From a virus (taxonomy: Duplodnaviria; Caudoviricetes): a stretch of 34,797 nucleotides of DNA. The DNA lies in IMG/VR virus record IMGVR_UViG_3300021185_000007, positions 1 through 34,797 of that record. One strand, given 5' to 3'. Below are positions 34,544 to 34,797 of the stretch, in pieces. The notes under the pieces are model-generated. The model was not told where the DNA came from. It did no database searches and saw nothing but the letters and a program-made list of their open reading frames with translations. The position numbers and the translations under genes were made by a program. Within the stretch, counting starts at the first letter, position 1. Every line of letters begins with the position of its first letter.

Positions 34544-34797
34544 TAGTACCCCTTTTTAATTTTAAAAAATTTATCTATGAAATCCATAAGCGGATAGTTC
34601 TTTTCACATTCAGCCCATGCAGTAATTTCATCAGCGAAATGCAAAAGCGTTTCTTTGCTTTCTGGCTCGTAGCGTTTAACTCTAAATTTAAAGTTCTTGT
34701 TATCTTCTGCTTGTAAGTGTTGCGTTGCTAGTTCTTTGGCTTGTTCGTATATATATTTATTGGTTTCTAATATAAATGCGGTTGCTTGTTCTAGTTG
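34543..34797 (-). CDS. 3' part of the 90-aa junction-spanning ORF
   Basis: In frame with the ATG at 145; ends ...FFKIKKGY*. Confidence 0.8.
   Translation of the reverse strand, partial: QLEQATAFILETNKYIYEQAKELATQHLQAEDNKNFKFRVKRYEPESKETLLHFADEITAWAECEKNYPLMDFIDKFFKIKKGY
34671..34797. repeat. Terminal direct repeat (assembly overlap), copy 2
   Basis: Identical to 1-127. Confidence 0.95.

Overview
A complete, circularly assembled dsDNA tailed-phage genome. The unique length is 34,670 bp: bases 1-127 equal 34671-34797, and a minus-strand ORF reads in frame across the junction. It is AT-rich, and the gene families resemble those of uncultured marine phages; the host cannot be determined from sequence alone. 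Architecture: (i) a minus-strand operon of small unknown genes running from a promoter at ~2400 across the junction to ~34150; (ii) a plus-strand late region: terS, structured spacer, terL, P22-like portal, a cluster of very basic micro-proteins, holin and M15 endolysin, scaffold, major capsid, adaptor, fibres with an S74 chaperone, tail nozzle, GNAT-like protein, three ejection proteins and a PD-(D/E)XK nuclease. There is no tape measure or sheath gene, so it is probably a podovirus. (iii) attP plus a tyrosine integrase; (iv) a DUF3310 gene where a repressor would normally sit, divergent from an Xis-like HTH; (v) a recombination/replication module (resolvase-like, DUF2800 Cas4-like exonuclease, Sak4-like ATPase, SSB, TOPRIM primase-RepA helicase), followed by three iterons and two winged-helix genes. 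Most notable: an attP core matching the 5' end (not the usual 3' end) of tRNA-Pro, flanked by arm-type repeats; no recognisable CI repressor; and a recurring pattern of genes or in-frame domains bracketed by 11-21 bp direct repeats that look like plug-in cassettes. Family assignments are from motif recognition only; no searches were run.
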